The notes under the pieces are model-generated. The model saw only the letters and a program-made list of their open reading frames with translations, ran no database searches and had not been told where the DNA came from. DNA of 64,000 nt, taken from assembly GCA_964016885.1 (NCBI GenBank), contig OZ024748.1:1612001-1676000 (forward strand). The letters run 5' to 3'. How positions within the stretch are numbered: position 1 is the stretch's first letter; each line of letters opens with the position of its first letter. The stretch comes from Eledone cirrhosa. Its lineage: Eukaryota. Both the position numbers and the translations under genes were made by a program. Positions 28,432-41,678 of this stretch are shown piece by piece.

Positions 28432-28636
28432 TCATGACCATAGGTAAGAGTAGACACAAACACTGATTCGAAGATAGCTAGTTTGGCTTTTAAACCTACC
28501 TCCCTTCTTCTGATGCATTGCTGCACCAGCTCTTGCAATTCTTGTACTTAGTTCAGCTTCCTGCCTTCCATCACTCGTGAACACAGCCCTCAGATACTGG
28601 AACTTCTTCACCTGCTTCAGTGGAACTCCACTTACA
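28432..28636 (-). mobile_element. RTE LINE fragment (post-RT region)
   Basis: VSGVPLKQVKKFQYLRAVFTSDGRQEAELSTRIARAGAAM resembles the FxYLG...RI..A thumb-region motif. Confidence 0.7.
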
Positions 28637-30599
28637 TAACAGATGTAAATAATGGATTGGGAAGTAATTCCATAAGAATTAATAATGACTGTGCATCTCA
28701 GAAATTTCGGCAATATAGATTTTGGCTTGTTTCTATGGATACGAAGCAGTAGACCATATTTAACCGAGACATATATTTCCATCTCAGATATAGAAATCAA
28801 GCAAATTGAATTCCACAATTTTCCCCTACAATGAATTATTACCATAAATGTAATTACATATGTTTGCCTCAAAAGACATTTTAATGGGTGGAGGCTCGAC
28901 CTAGTCATTTGTACATGCTAGAAATAGCAGCCAAAATTTTTGAATTAATTTCCTCAAAAGCTATGTTATTGGGTGGATGTTCTACCTGGTCACTTGTACC
29001 TGCTAGAAATAGCTGCCAGAATTTCTGAATGAATTATTACTATAAATGAAATTACACGTTTGCCTCAAATGACATGTTAATGGGTGGAGGCTCTATCTGG
29101 TCACTTTACCTGTTAGAAATAGCAGCCAAAAAATTGCCTTAAATGACAGTCCGTTTAACCCATGCAGGTATGGAAAACAGAAGTTAAATGGTGATGATAA
29201 TAACTATATTGTCCACTATATCCTTTTTTTTTTTTTCTCCAAGAACGTAGTGATTTCAGGGAGATTTTACTGCTATTTCTAGCAGACCAAAATGATCACC
29301 TTGTGGCTCCTCTTGGTATTGGTGATGGTGTCTGCATGTAACAATAAATAAAACTACCATTTTCTATTGTGTGTATCAGATTGTCAAATGGCAAGTGAAA
29401 GCCAAACAGTAAATAAATATAAAGAAAGGTTATTTTATTACAAATTCACACAACACATCTCTATTCTATATAACTACCAAACAACGTATTTTGAAATAAT
29501 ACAGTAACAACAACACAACAACAACAATATCTAACACTCACTGACCACACTGGAAAACTGCCCAAATGTGTTAAGGAGGAGGAGAAGATGATCTAGTTGG
29601 CATTGCATGTGTTTTGGCAAGTAGATTTACTTGCTTTAACAACAGCATCAGTTGGTGTAATATATAATGTCAAAGAATATCATCCAATCCTTCATAATGT
29701 CAGTTCTGTGCCAGAAATATCAACTAGATTCTCTCTGGAAACAGCAACATCCTTTTTTTTTCTTCTTTGTTATCAGATGCTTATCTTGTTTTATTTTGGT
29801 CAGATATGCAACATGCATCTGTAATAATATCTTCCTTCACAGTGAGTATGTTTGAATTGATGGGCAACTTATTGAATTTTGAATGAAAATAATTCCTGTC
29901 CCCTTGGAGAGGAGACGGGTACTATATGTCACTATGGTGCCCCTACAACTCTACCAGGAGTATCGAGTTAAAGGAAAAAATCATGTCTGTCATATGTCTT
30001 GACGATACCCCTATGAGTTACAGGTTCAACCAATCCAATAAGGGGTCTTCTTACTCCTGCTGGAGGAACTCCTTCCCGGTTGACATCCACTATTTGGTTT
30101 GGGTTATGTCAGGGGTGTAGCTAGAGCTGTAACTAGGGTATGGCACATGCTATGGGCACCACATGAAGGGGGTGTCACTTGGACTAGGAGCAGGTTCTAT
30201 TAAAGTCAAATAAGCCTTGTTGCAGAGTGAAAAAAGAAACTCCTTCAGATGTTTGGAGGGTGTGATTGATTCAGGGTAACAGAAATAAAGGTAGACCACC
30301 AAGGTACTGGCGAAAACAATGTCTATAAATGGTCTGGATTAAATTTATTTGAACTAAAGACATGCAAAATAGGAAACTTTGGCAGGAACTAAGTCGTTAG
30401 TGTGTAATCTACCACAGAGACAGTAAATGATGACAGACCAACAGTAATAGGTCCATTGATAGAGTTCAAACTATATATGTTTACCTGTTGATTGTGATTC
30501 AAAATAGGAAACTTTGGCAGGAACTAAATTATGTTAGTGTGGATTCTCCTGCATGTTGGGACAACAAATGATGAAGTGAAAACTGCCAACCTGTGAAAT

Positions 30600-30770
30600 A
30601 ATTGTTTCAACTTTTGGCACAAGGCCAGCAATTACTGGTACTTTATTTTATTGACCCCGTAAGGATGAAAGACAAAGTTAACCTCGGCGGGATTTGAACT
30701 CAGAATGATAAGGGCCGTAACTCTATGCGTCAAAGCATGGCGTCCGACCCTCTACCGATACTGCCAACCT
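30600..30770 (-). mobile_element. tRNA-derived SINE
   Basis: Reverse complement of the major SINE family; flanked by a ~25-bp direct repeat ctgccaacctgtgaaataat(t)gtttc. Confidence 0.8.
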
Positions 30771-31212
30771 GTGAAATAATGTTTCTAGTGAGAAGATGGC
30801 TAAACCAGAAACATCTGGATTAGAAATGAAGATAGTAGGCAGATGGTTGGTACCATACATACAGTCCTGTCACCAGACTTTAGTGCTCAGGAGTGGGGCG
30901 AGGGGCTTCAAAACAGACTTTAGGTGCCCTGGGGTGGGGATGCGGAGTGAGGGGGGGGGGGGGGCTTCAAAATATTCTGGATGGACAGTCTAATTCACAA
31001 AAATTTAAAGGAGTTTCGGAATAAACATATTACAGTAAATTTTTTCGGAATGTGAAATGCAGAACAAATTTTTCTAAAGTCATAACCATTGTACCACCAC
31101 CACCACCACTAAACCGCAACCCCATCAGAAAAATAGAAACTTATATATCTGTACCTATATAAATGTATGTATGTGGTTGTTTGTGTATGTATGTATATAT
31201 ATATATACTCAC

Positions 31213-32752
31213 GCATATATACACACACACTGTAACAAACAACGAGAAACAACAAGCCTAAACTCGCCATAAACACTCAACACAACACAATACAATTCCC
31301 CCAGTAGAATAAAATGAAAATCTGAACCACAGCAGCAAAACTGTGAATGGTGAGCGTCTCTTGTATATATTTTTTTCTTTTCTCTCAGTTAACAATTTCG
31401 CTGATGTGGTGTGCGATCGAGATACACCCAAACTCTTTCTCTAAATAGAAATTGTTTGTTTGTTTGTTTTCAAAATTTATATTTGTGTATCTTTTTTTTC
31501 TAATTGATTCGAGAAGAATGATAATATCGATTCTAGATCAGAATAATTATTTTTATCCCCGCTCTAACATGCTACAGTAGTACTTTGAAGGCCATGGCGT
31601 TCAGTTTACTACACTAAAGTATTTTCATTGAAATGACAAATAAATAAATAACGAGATGCATGTGAATGGGTGGGTGGTGGTCGAGAGAGATAGTGAGGGT
31701 GAGAGAGAGAGAGATAGTGAGGGTGAGAGAGAGAAAGAACACGAGATCAATAATTATCGATCGAAGGGAGATAACCCTATAACAAGGTAGTCTTAACGAG
31801 CATGTATTTATGTATATATGTATGTCTGCAGGTAAAACACGTCAGTTAAGTTGCAGTTTACTAGTGCACACATAATATCTATGTAGCTTCCTGCTGCAAT
31901 CAACTGAGCATACGGAATATAATCAGACTGACTTGCATGTTTATTCAAGGAGTCCAAGTTGTTTGATGACTGCTCTTCCATGGATTAAACCCTTATTCAT
32001 TACAAGGACATGCGTTCACTGGTAAAAAAGCGAATTTAATATCTGGTGTGTTTATTGTTTATTATTATTTATTTTAAACCTTTTTTCTGTCTTTCTTTCT
32101 CTCGGAAACATATTATAAAGGCTCTGTATATAGTATATATAAATATATATAAATATATATAGTATATATATAAATATATATAGTATATATATATATGAAA
32201 GTCAGTGTATATGTATGAATGTATATGAGATAGAGACACGCTTTATTAATTACTACTTATATATTTCACAACAAACATATTAGGCCGCAGGTATATATAT
32301 ATATATATATATACCTGCGGCTTTATATATATATATTTAAAAATATTGATCGTCGAGCATGTGTGTATATCTATCTATTTATATATATTTATGGGTAAAC
32401 TAGAAGTTGTGATGTTCATCGCGTTCTCAATACAAGAGAACTCGTTAAAAGCCGAGAACCTCTTTGCTACGCGACGTTCATTCTCTTTACAATGTATATT
32501 AATGTTTAATCCATTAATATACATTGTAAATACATTATAACAATGACATACGTACACACATACCTATTATGTGTGCGTAAGAATAGAGTACTCAATACTT
32601 CAAGAAATGTGTTTGTTGTGCTTATGTGTGTTATATATTCATTATTTTCGTGATTGGTTCAGAGTTAATTTGTTTCGGCTCATCTTTTGACAGTTGTGAA
32701 CAGAAGAACCTTAACAAGAACCGAAAAAAACAAAAAAACTCTTGTAAACTAA

Positions 32753-32788
<36 letters not shown>

Positions 32789-33362
32789 ATATATATATAT
32801 ATATATCAGTTAAAGTTGTATTTGCATTATATTATTAAATCCTAGCTCATTTCTTTATATATATACTACCTCAATATATCGTATAAATATATATTGTATT
32901 GTTGATGATCAGAACAGAAGTTGATTTAGCTTTTTACTGAAAAACATCAATACATATTATATATGTATTGATTAAAGCTAAAATTAAGTTATATATTATC
33001 AACACGTGCACGTTACAGTTTATAAGCTCTCTCTCTATGCAACAGTGTCTGTCGGCTTGTTTTTTTATAAGAATCGTTTTATAGTTTTATATAAAATTAT
33101 TTTAACACTGAATACTATTTCTTCCTTTAAGATTATTTAAAATGCTGCCATAAATATATATAGTTTGTACCATTTTTTTTCTTTTAATCGTTATCAAACT
33201 ATTATATTAATTAATCGTGTTTTGCTACGCTACTGTCGGCGTGTTTATATTTTTTTTATAGTTGGGAAAACATGACTTTTTTTTATTTAAATTCACTCGT
33301 CTTTTTTTTCCGTCGGTTTGGAAGCTTCCTTCGCCATATCACCCAATCCCAAATTACAGAAG
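31213..33362. promoter_or_regulatory. Candidate divergent promoter / 5'-UTR exon region
   Basis: Largely TE-free, visibly CpG-richer than its flanks, bounded by an outward-facing minus donor (GC|GTGAGT at 31212-31207) and plus donor (AAG|GTGAGA at 33363). Inference only. Confidence 0.35.
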
Positions 33363-34379
33363 GTGAGAAAACAGTCTGTCATAAGTTTATACCTGTTTAT
33401 ATTATACTTATTTATGCTGTTGAAATGAGAGAGAGAGAGAGGTGAAGTAATAAATTCTACCTGTATTGGTTTTATTTCGGTAGGGGGTGTCTCTGAGAAG
33501 TAGAAGCCCTCTCCGAACTTTACACTGGCATCTCCGATGCTTTACTATCTCTCCTACACTAACAACGGAAACAATGACGGATTTCATTGAAACAATACTT
33601 AGCTATATTATAGCTGCAAGGCGGAAAGAAGACACGGTTATGAAAGACCGGTGTTTTAAATATACTAATATTACAATCCGTTTGTTTTTATTTCATTTAA
33701 GAAAAATCAAGATAATTTTACCGAATCTTATATTAATATATAAATATATATTAAAATGTAATTATTATATTTTAAATTTTATTCGCGTGTCCTTGCTTTA
33801 TTTCAATGCCTCATGATGCCGTCATCCGTTTAAAGAACGTATATAACTTAACATCTTTTAATTTTAATTAATTAATTTAATTCTCTTCAAGATATTTTAA
33901 TTTTTATTAAATCAGAAAAGGTTATTGTTTAGCTCTAGCTCGATAAAAAAAAACGTTCCAGAAGTGACCATCGCGTCTTTTTTTTTTCTTTTTTCTTTCG
34001 AGTGTCATTTATTTGATATTACTATATTATACAATGTAGTCTTAAATATGATTTTAATGACACTAGGATATGATTTGAGGGAAATTGGCTACTAATTTTG
34101 GTAGGTCTCATATGTATAGGGTAATTAATTAAAGGCAAGGTCTTAACCGAGATAATGGCTGTTTCCATTCCTGAGAAAAATTTGGCTATTATTTTTGGCA
34201 GGTCAAATTAATTGACTCATTAACAGCAGTAATTAATAAGGGCGATTAATTAGTAAGTTATTGCCGAAATGAGGTTGTGGTTGTTTTCATTCTGGGTTTA
34301 CAAGCGATTTCGATTCGCTTTGCGAAATGGATGAATGTCATACATTCTCACATTTGACGCCTACAGAAGGTACGTGTGT

Positions 34380-34650
34380 GTCGCTTCCAACGACCAGTGC
34401 TCTAGTTGATTCGGTCAAACGAAACAGTCTGCTCGTGAATTTAATGAGCAAGTGGCTGATTATTTTACAGACACGTGTACCCTTAACGTAGTTCTCAGGG
34501 AGATTCAGTGTGACACAAGATGTGCCAAGGCTGGCCTTTTTATTTACAGGTACAACTCATTTTTGCCAGCTGAGTGGACTGGAGCAACGTGAAATGAAGT
34601 GTCATGCTCAAGGACACAATGCACTGCTGGGAATCGAACTCGCGACCATA
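34380..34650 (-). mobile_element. tRNA-derived SINE (second family)
   Basis: 'gctgagtggactggagcaacgtgaaatgaagtgtcatgctcaaggacacaa..gggaatcgaactc'; related copies at ~45730-45945 and ~59670-59800. Confidence 0.7.
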
Positions 34651-34856
34651 CACATTCACAAAGAATTGATACTATTAAAATGGTTGTAGCTGCAATCACT
34701 GAGACCACAGCCTAGTGGTTTCCTTCTCGATATAAACTTATCGTAATAATACCGGTGGCAAAGCATGACCGCCACAACATATCCATTTCACGTTCTCTTA
34801 AAATTACAAATACATTTTTTTTATGTCAAACACTAAATAAACCAGTTAATTGTATA

Positions 34857-34965
34857 CAGGTAAAATTCCGTTACAACGAAACTTTTTCAATCCCCGGTCA
34901 CACATGCTCGATGTGTTAGATCAATCTCATTATAAAGAATTTTTCGTTATAACGGAATTTCACTA
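34857..34965. mobile_element. pogo/Tigger-like MITE
   Basis: TA-flanked TIRs cagg-taaaattccgttacaacgaa / ttcgttataacggaatttcacta. Confidence 0.65.
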
Positions 34966-35804
34966 TATATGATTCAACAAACGAAGATGTTTCCTTTTAG
35001 GTATACACTATATAACACGATGACAGGGAAGTAGGATGGGGGAACCCAACTGTACAAGTCATTTGTCGGAACCTTAGGCAAGATTCTTTCTTTTTCTGAG
35101 ACTCATTAACCGACTCTCTCCTTGTTGAATTAATTTATTGGTGGGTGGTAGTTAACTGCCGACAGTTTGTTGTGGGGGAGCAGGTCGGTATCAAAAACAA
35201 AAAAAAAGTCACAAATAAATGTTTTAGGTTATCGATTTAAAAACAACAAACCCCATCAAAAAGCCATGATTAACAATGAAAAAAAAAGTTATTTTCATTA
35301 TCATTCACTTTCATTTATTGTCTGTCACTTTATATACCTAAAGCGAAACACCTCCTCAATACATAACGAATTTTAACTGATCTACGAGGGAACTACTATG
35401 TGGTCGCTCTAAAATGCTAATAACAACAGTCAAATTCTTTCGAAACTTTATAACACGAAAAGCGCACACGAGACACTGTAGTAGTAGGTATTACAAAAAA
35501 AAAAAAAAAAAAAGACGAGATGGTCACGGCTGCAACGCTGTTGTTCATAATTTTGGTGGACCAGAGCTGACCGATGACTAAACAACAATAACTTGCTTTT
35601 GAATTAGCTCTGCTCGGTCAACCACCCCTCTGTCAAGGCTAAACAAAAACTACTACAATTTTCCAATGATTTGTGTCATTTAATCCATTTTTTTTTACAT
35701 TTGTAAGAAATCATAATTTACTGATTAATATTACCGTATTTGGGGTGTCTAAAACGTACGTTTTACCAAAGGATTTGACCTCAAAATCTGTTCTGTAATA
35801 ATAA

Positions 35805-36240
35805 TGGTTTTTGATTTAGGCACAAGGCCAACAATTTTGAGGAGAGCGGAAAGTTAATTAAATCGACCCAGTACATTACTGGTACTTTATTTTATCGACT
35901 CCATAAGGATGAAAGGCACAGCTAACCTCGTCGGGATTTGAAATCAGAACGTAAAGAACCGTAACAAACACCACTAAGCATTTGTCTGACGCTCTAACGA
36001 CTCTGCCAATCCACTGCCTTCAATATTAATACTTTCTAACATTGGCACAAGGCCAGCCATTGTTGAAGGGAAAAGGGGAAAGTCGATTATATCGATCTTA
36101 TTACATGACTGATGATTTATTTTATCGACGCCAGAAGGATGAAAGGCAAAGTTGACCTCGATGGGATTTGAACTCAGAATGTAAAGCACCAGAACAAATA
36201 GCTGAATAGCCTTTCATCTGACGCTCTGCCAATCCATTCC
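35805..36240 (-). mobile_element. Two tandem SINE copies
   Basis: Both show reverse-complement tail, central domain and B-box of the major family. Confidence 0.75.
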
Positions 36241-37190
36241 TTACATTACCATTCCACCTTCTATTGAGTATATTTTATCGTGGCACAATCTCTAGAGAGG
36301 TTGTCATGTCTTTGACACAACTGAAAGGTCATCCCAACACTTTGTTTAGCAAGCTTCCTATCACCAGCCACTTTACAAGTGTATTGGGCGCGTTTATAGT
36401 GTAGATCACCTACATTAGGGAGGCTGTCATGTCCTTGACACAACTGAATAATTACACACAATAATTCTTTTTATCTCGAATACTTCCCCCTCTCTTCCTC
36501 ATTCATACGAAAACAAACATCGTAAATACACATACACCATTCATTCAACACAAGTTTTAGAATAGCTTTTATTTTCTAGTCGGCTATTTTAGGGTAATTG
36601 TGAAAATAGCAGTTAATATAGAAAATATCAGATTGTCAATTCTCCCTCACCATCCTCCGGGGAAACGCTTTCTCTATTTTGTTCGCGTGGGCCTCTATTT
36701 GCTCATAATAAGTGAGAGATGGGGAGACGGAGGCAGTGAGAGTTTGGTTCCATTGTGTTCGGACCTGGTGTATATATTTATTTACCACACCACATTAATA
36801 TTTCACATTTCCAACTTTATTTCTTACTGCCACCTCCTACATTTACATTATGTACAGATATATAAGGAAATAAAATAGGGAAGAAAAAGTGGGAGAAGAC
36901 ACGCACCCTCAATGACAGAGCACCACAACGGGTACTGGAGTTTCCCTATAATTTTTTAGGCAAGCCCACGATAACAAGAACTTCATAGGTCTTGAACGCC
37001 ACAGGCTGGAAATCCAGTTACATCTGAGATGCTACCATTAAGACCAACTAGGCAACCCCCTAGAGTTGCAGACCCCAGAGATGTACGTTACTGAACCTTA
37101 AAGGATCGCAGTGAGACAGGTCTATGTAGACCCGACCAATCTTTGCTAGCAGGGAAAGCGGACTTTAAAACGATGATACACACACACACA

Positions 37191-37290
37191 CAGGGTGTCC
37201 CCTAAAAATGTATATACACTTTGATTGCCTGTACAGGCAATATTTATTAGTATGCACAGGCTTTGTGTATACATTTTTTGGGACACCTTG
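37191..37290. mobile_element. Tc1/mariner-type MITE
   Basis: TIRs CAGGGTGTCCCC-AAAAATGTATA / TATACATTTTTTGGGACACCTTG; sister copies at 56204-56298 and 47963-48128, half copy at 24058-24083. Confidence 0.75.
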
Positions 37291-38099
37291 TATGTAGATA
37301 ACATAATCCACAAGCAGCTTTGTTACAATCCAATGAAAATGGAACGACTATTATTTATTCCATCCGTGAAACAGTGGGTTATGAACGAGTGATCATTGAT
37401 CCAGAATAATCCGGTATAATCCTGATTGCTAGCCACGTCAGCGTAAAGTAATCCCATGAAAATGTACGTCACGAAACAAGCTCCTTTCCAGAGCCTGTAC
37501 GTGGTCGTTCAATTTGCTAGAAATAGCAAGCAAATTTACAGTTCAAGTTTCACAAACAAGGAAGGACACATTGAATACCTCTAAAAATGCGAGATAAGAA
37601 TGTTTTTGATAACAGGGTTGTTCGGTCGGAGAGAGTGAACATTAATATTGACTGTTGAGAATGGAGGCGAAACGAGGAGTAATGGCATGTATGCCTTTTC
37701 ACAAGAACGGCATAAATGAAGTGAGACGAGATGATAATGGATTGCAACTGGTTCGTGGATTCGGCTTGCCTGAGTCTTCTATCGCACCACAAGGTTTAAA
37801 ATGTCCAAGAAATATGTCACGCCGGCTTCCCTGTCTCTGGTAAGAGGTGGACTCGGCCGGCTTTCCTAGGAGTTCGCCGAGAGTTTAGTGCTCATGTCAT
37901 GACATTGTAATATTAAAAGGTGATAGGAAGAGTAATATGAAATTACGATTTTGAGATGGTGGTGGAGTTTTGATGGTATTGAAGAAATTAATAGTGTATT
38001 TCTATATAGCTTTTGCTATGTTACTTTAACACAAGACACAAGGATCACTCCATGTATAGTATTTTTAAATATGGTATATGGCAGTCTTTCTCTCGATTT

Positions 38100-38250
38100 T
38101 TGACGCATAGAGTTACGGCCCTTGCCATTCTGAGTTCAAATCCCGCCTAGGTTAACTTTGCCTTTCATCCTTAGGGGGTCGATAAAATAAAGTACCAGTA
38201 ATGTTCTGGGTAATTGCTGGCCTTGTGCCAATAGTAGAAACAATTATTCT
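38100..38250 (+). mobile_element. tRNA-derived SINE
   Basis: Major family B-box, core and tail. Confidence 0.8.
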
Positions 38251-38334
38251 CTATTGAGGTCCCCCTCTCTCTCAATATAGCTATCTAGTTTCCCCCCCTT
38301 CAAGTTCTATTAACGTCTCTCTGATGAGGTTCCT

Positions 38335-41300
38335 CTCTAGTTCCCCCACTTCTCAATGTCTGTTAACGTTTCTCTCTAGTCCCCCCACTTCTCAATGTCT
38401 GTTAACGTCTCTCTAGTCCCCCCACTTCTCAATGTCTGTTAACGTCTCTCTAGTCCCCCCACTTCTCAATGTCTGTTAACGTCTCTCTAGTTCCACCACT
38501 TCTCAATGTCTGTTAACGTTTCTCTCTAGTCCCCCCACTTCTCAATGTCTGTTAACGTCTCTCTAGTTCCCCCACTTCTCAATGTCTGTTAACGTTTCTC
38601 TCTAGTCCCCCCACTTCTCAATGTCTGTTAACGTCTCTCTAGTCCCCCCACTTCTCAATGTCTGTTAACGTCTCTCTAGTCCCCCCACTTCTCAATGTCT
38701 GTTAACGTCTCTCTAGTTCCACCACTTCTCAATGTCTGTTAACGTTTCTCTCTAGTCCCCCCACTTCTCAATGTCTGTTAACGTCTCTCTAGTTCCCCCA
38801 CTTCTCAATGTCTGTTAACGTTTCTCTCTAGTCCCCCCACTTCTCAATGTCTGTTAACGTCTCTCTAGTTCCCCCACTTCTCAATGTCTGTTAACGTTTC
38901 TCTCTAGTCCCCCCACTTCTCAATGTCTGTTAACGTCTCTCTAGTCCCCCCACTTCTCAATGTCTGTTAACGTCTCTCTAGTTCCCCCACTTCTCAATGT
39001 CTGTTAACGTTTCTCTCTAGTCCCCCCACTTCTCAATGTCTGTTAACGTCTCTCTAGTCCCCCCACTTCTCAATGTCTGTTAACGTCTCTCTAGTCCCCC
39101 CACTTCTCAATGTCTGTTAACGTCTCTCTCTCTAGTTCCCCCACTTCTCAATGTCTGTTAACGTCTCTCTCTCTAGTTCCCCCACTTCTCAATGTCTGTT
39201 AACGTCTCTCTCTCTAGTTCCCCCACTTCTCAATGTCTGTTAACGTCTCTCTCTAGTTCCCCCACTTCTCAATGTCTGTTAACGTCTCTCTCTCTAGTTC
39301 CCCCACTTCTCAATGTCTGTTAACGTCTCTCTCTCTAGTTCCCCCACTTCTCAATGTCTGTTAACGTCTCTCTAGTCCCCCCACTTCTCAATGTCTGTTA
39401 ACGACTCTCTCTCTAGTTCCCCCACTTCTCAATGTCTGTTAACGTCTCTCTCTAGTTCCCCCACTTCTCAATGTCTGTTAACGGCTCTCTCTAGTCCCCC
39501 ACTTCTCAATGTCTGTTAACGTCTCTCTCTAGTCCCCCCACTTCTCAATATCTGTTAACGTCTCTCTCTCTCTAGTTCCCCCACTTCTCAATGTCTGTTA
39601 ACGTCTCTCTCTAGTCCCCCCACTTCTCAATGTCTGTTAACATCTCTCTCTAGTTCCCCCACTTCTCAATGTCTGTTAACGTCTCTCTCTCTCTCTAGTT
39701 CCCCCATTTCTCAATGTCTGTTAACGTCTCTCTCTCTCTAGTTCCCCCACTTCTCAATGTCTGTTAACGTCTCTCTCTAGTCCCCCACTTCTCAATATCT
39801 GTTAACGTCTCTCTCTAGTCCCCCACTTCTCAATATCTGTTAACGTCTCTCTCTAGTCCCCCACTTCTCAATGTCTGTTAACGTCTCTCTCTCTAGTTCC
39901 CCCACTTCTCAATGTCTGTTAACGTCTCTCTCTCTAGTCCCCCCACTTCTCAATGTCTGTTAACGTCTCTCTCTAGTCCCCCCACTTCTCAACGTCTGTT
40001 AACGTCTCTCTCTAGTCCCCCACTTCTCAATGTCTGTTAACGTCTCTCTCTAGTTCCCCCATTTCTCAATATCTGTTAACGTCTCTCTCTAGTCCCCCAC
40101 TTCTCAATGTCTGTTAACGTCTCTCTCTAGTCCCCCACTTCTCAATGTCTGTTAACGTCTCTCTCTAGTCCCCCCACTTCTCAATATCTGTTAACGTCTC
40201 TCTCTAGTCCCCCACTTCTCAATGTCTGTTAACGTCTCTCTCTAGTTCCCCCACTTCTCAATATCTGTTAACGTCTCTCTCTAGTCCCCCCACTTCTCAA
40301 TATCTGTTAACGTCTCTCTCTAGTCCCCCCACTTCTCAATATCTGTTAACGTCTCTCTCTAGTCCCCCCACTTCTCAATATCTGTTAACGTCTCTCTAGT
40401 TCCCCCACTTCTCAATGTCTGTTAACGTCTCTCTCTAGTCCCCCCACTTCTCAATATCTGTTAACGTTCTCTCTAGTCCCCCCCACTTCTCAACGTCTGT
40501 TAACGTCTCTCTCTAGTCCCCCCACTTCTCAATATCTGTTAACGTCTCTCTCTAGTCCCCCACTTCTCAAAATCTGTTAACGTCTCTCTCTAGTCCCCCC
40601 ACTTCTCAATATCTGTTAACGTCTCTCTCTAGTCCCCCCACTTCTCAACGTCTGTTAACGTCTCTCTCTAGTCCCCCACTTCTCAATGTCTGTTAACGTC
40701 TCTCTCTAGTCCCCCCACTTCTCAACGTCTGTTAACGTCTCTCTCTAGTTCCCCCACTTCTCAATATCTGTTAACGTCTCTCTCTAGTCCCCCACTTCTC
40801 AACGTCTCTCTCTAGTCCCCCACTTCTCAATATCTGTTAACGTCTCTCTCTAGTCCCCCCACTTCTCAACGTCTGTTAACGTCTCTCTCTAGTTCCCCCA
40901 CTTCTCAATATCTGTTAACGTCTCTCTCTAGTCCCCCACTTCTCAACGTCTCTCTCTAGTCCCCCACTTCTCAATATCTGTTAACGTCTCTCTCTAGTCC
41001 CCCCACTTCTCAATATCTGTTAACGTCTCTCTCTAGTCCCCCCACTTCTCAATATCTGTTAACGTCTCTCTAGTTCCCCCACTTCTCAATGTCTGTTAAC
41101 GTCTCTCTCTAGTCCCCCCACTTCTCAATATCTGTTAACGTTCTCTCTAGTCCCCCCCACTTCTCAACGTCTGTTAACGTCTCTCTCTAGTCCCCCACTT
41201 CTCAATGTCTGTTAACGTCTCTCTCTAGTTCCCCCACTTCTCAACGTCTGTTAACGTCTCTCTCTAGTCCCCCACTTCTCAACGTCTCTCTCTAGTCCCC

Positions 41301-41465
41301 CACTTCTCAATATCTGTTAACGTCTCTCTAGTCCCCCCACTTCTCAATGTCTGTTAACGTCTCTCTCTAGTTCCCCCACTTCTCAATGTCTATGAACGTC
41401 TCTCTCTCTAGTTCCCCCCACTTCTCAATGTCTGTTAACGTCTCTCTCTAGTTCCCCCACTTCTC
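38335..41465. repeat. ~36-44-bp minisatellite ctagtcccccacttctcaatgtctgttaacgt(ct)n, ~3.1 kb
   Basis: Direct inspection; length variation in the (CT)n and poly-C parts. Confidence 0.97.
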
Positions 41466-41646
41466 TCTCTCTCTCTCTCTCAGCCTCTAGTTCTGATTTA
41501 CTACGAATCTTTCTGTGAAGTTAACTTGACCTAGGAAAGGTCTGTAGGACTTGAAATTGTCATCAACAACACAATGGTGATGATTACTGTTATCATAATT
41601 ACTATTGTCATTATGATCATATCCTTTCCTGTCAAGAGTGGCAGGC

Positions 41647-41678
<32 letters not shown>

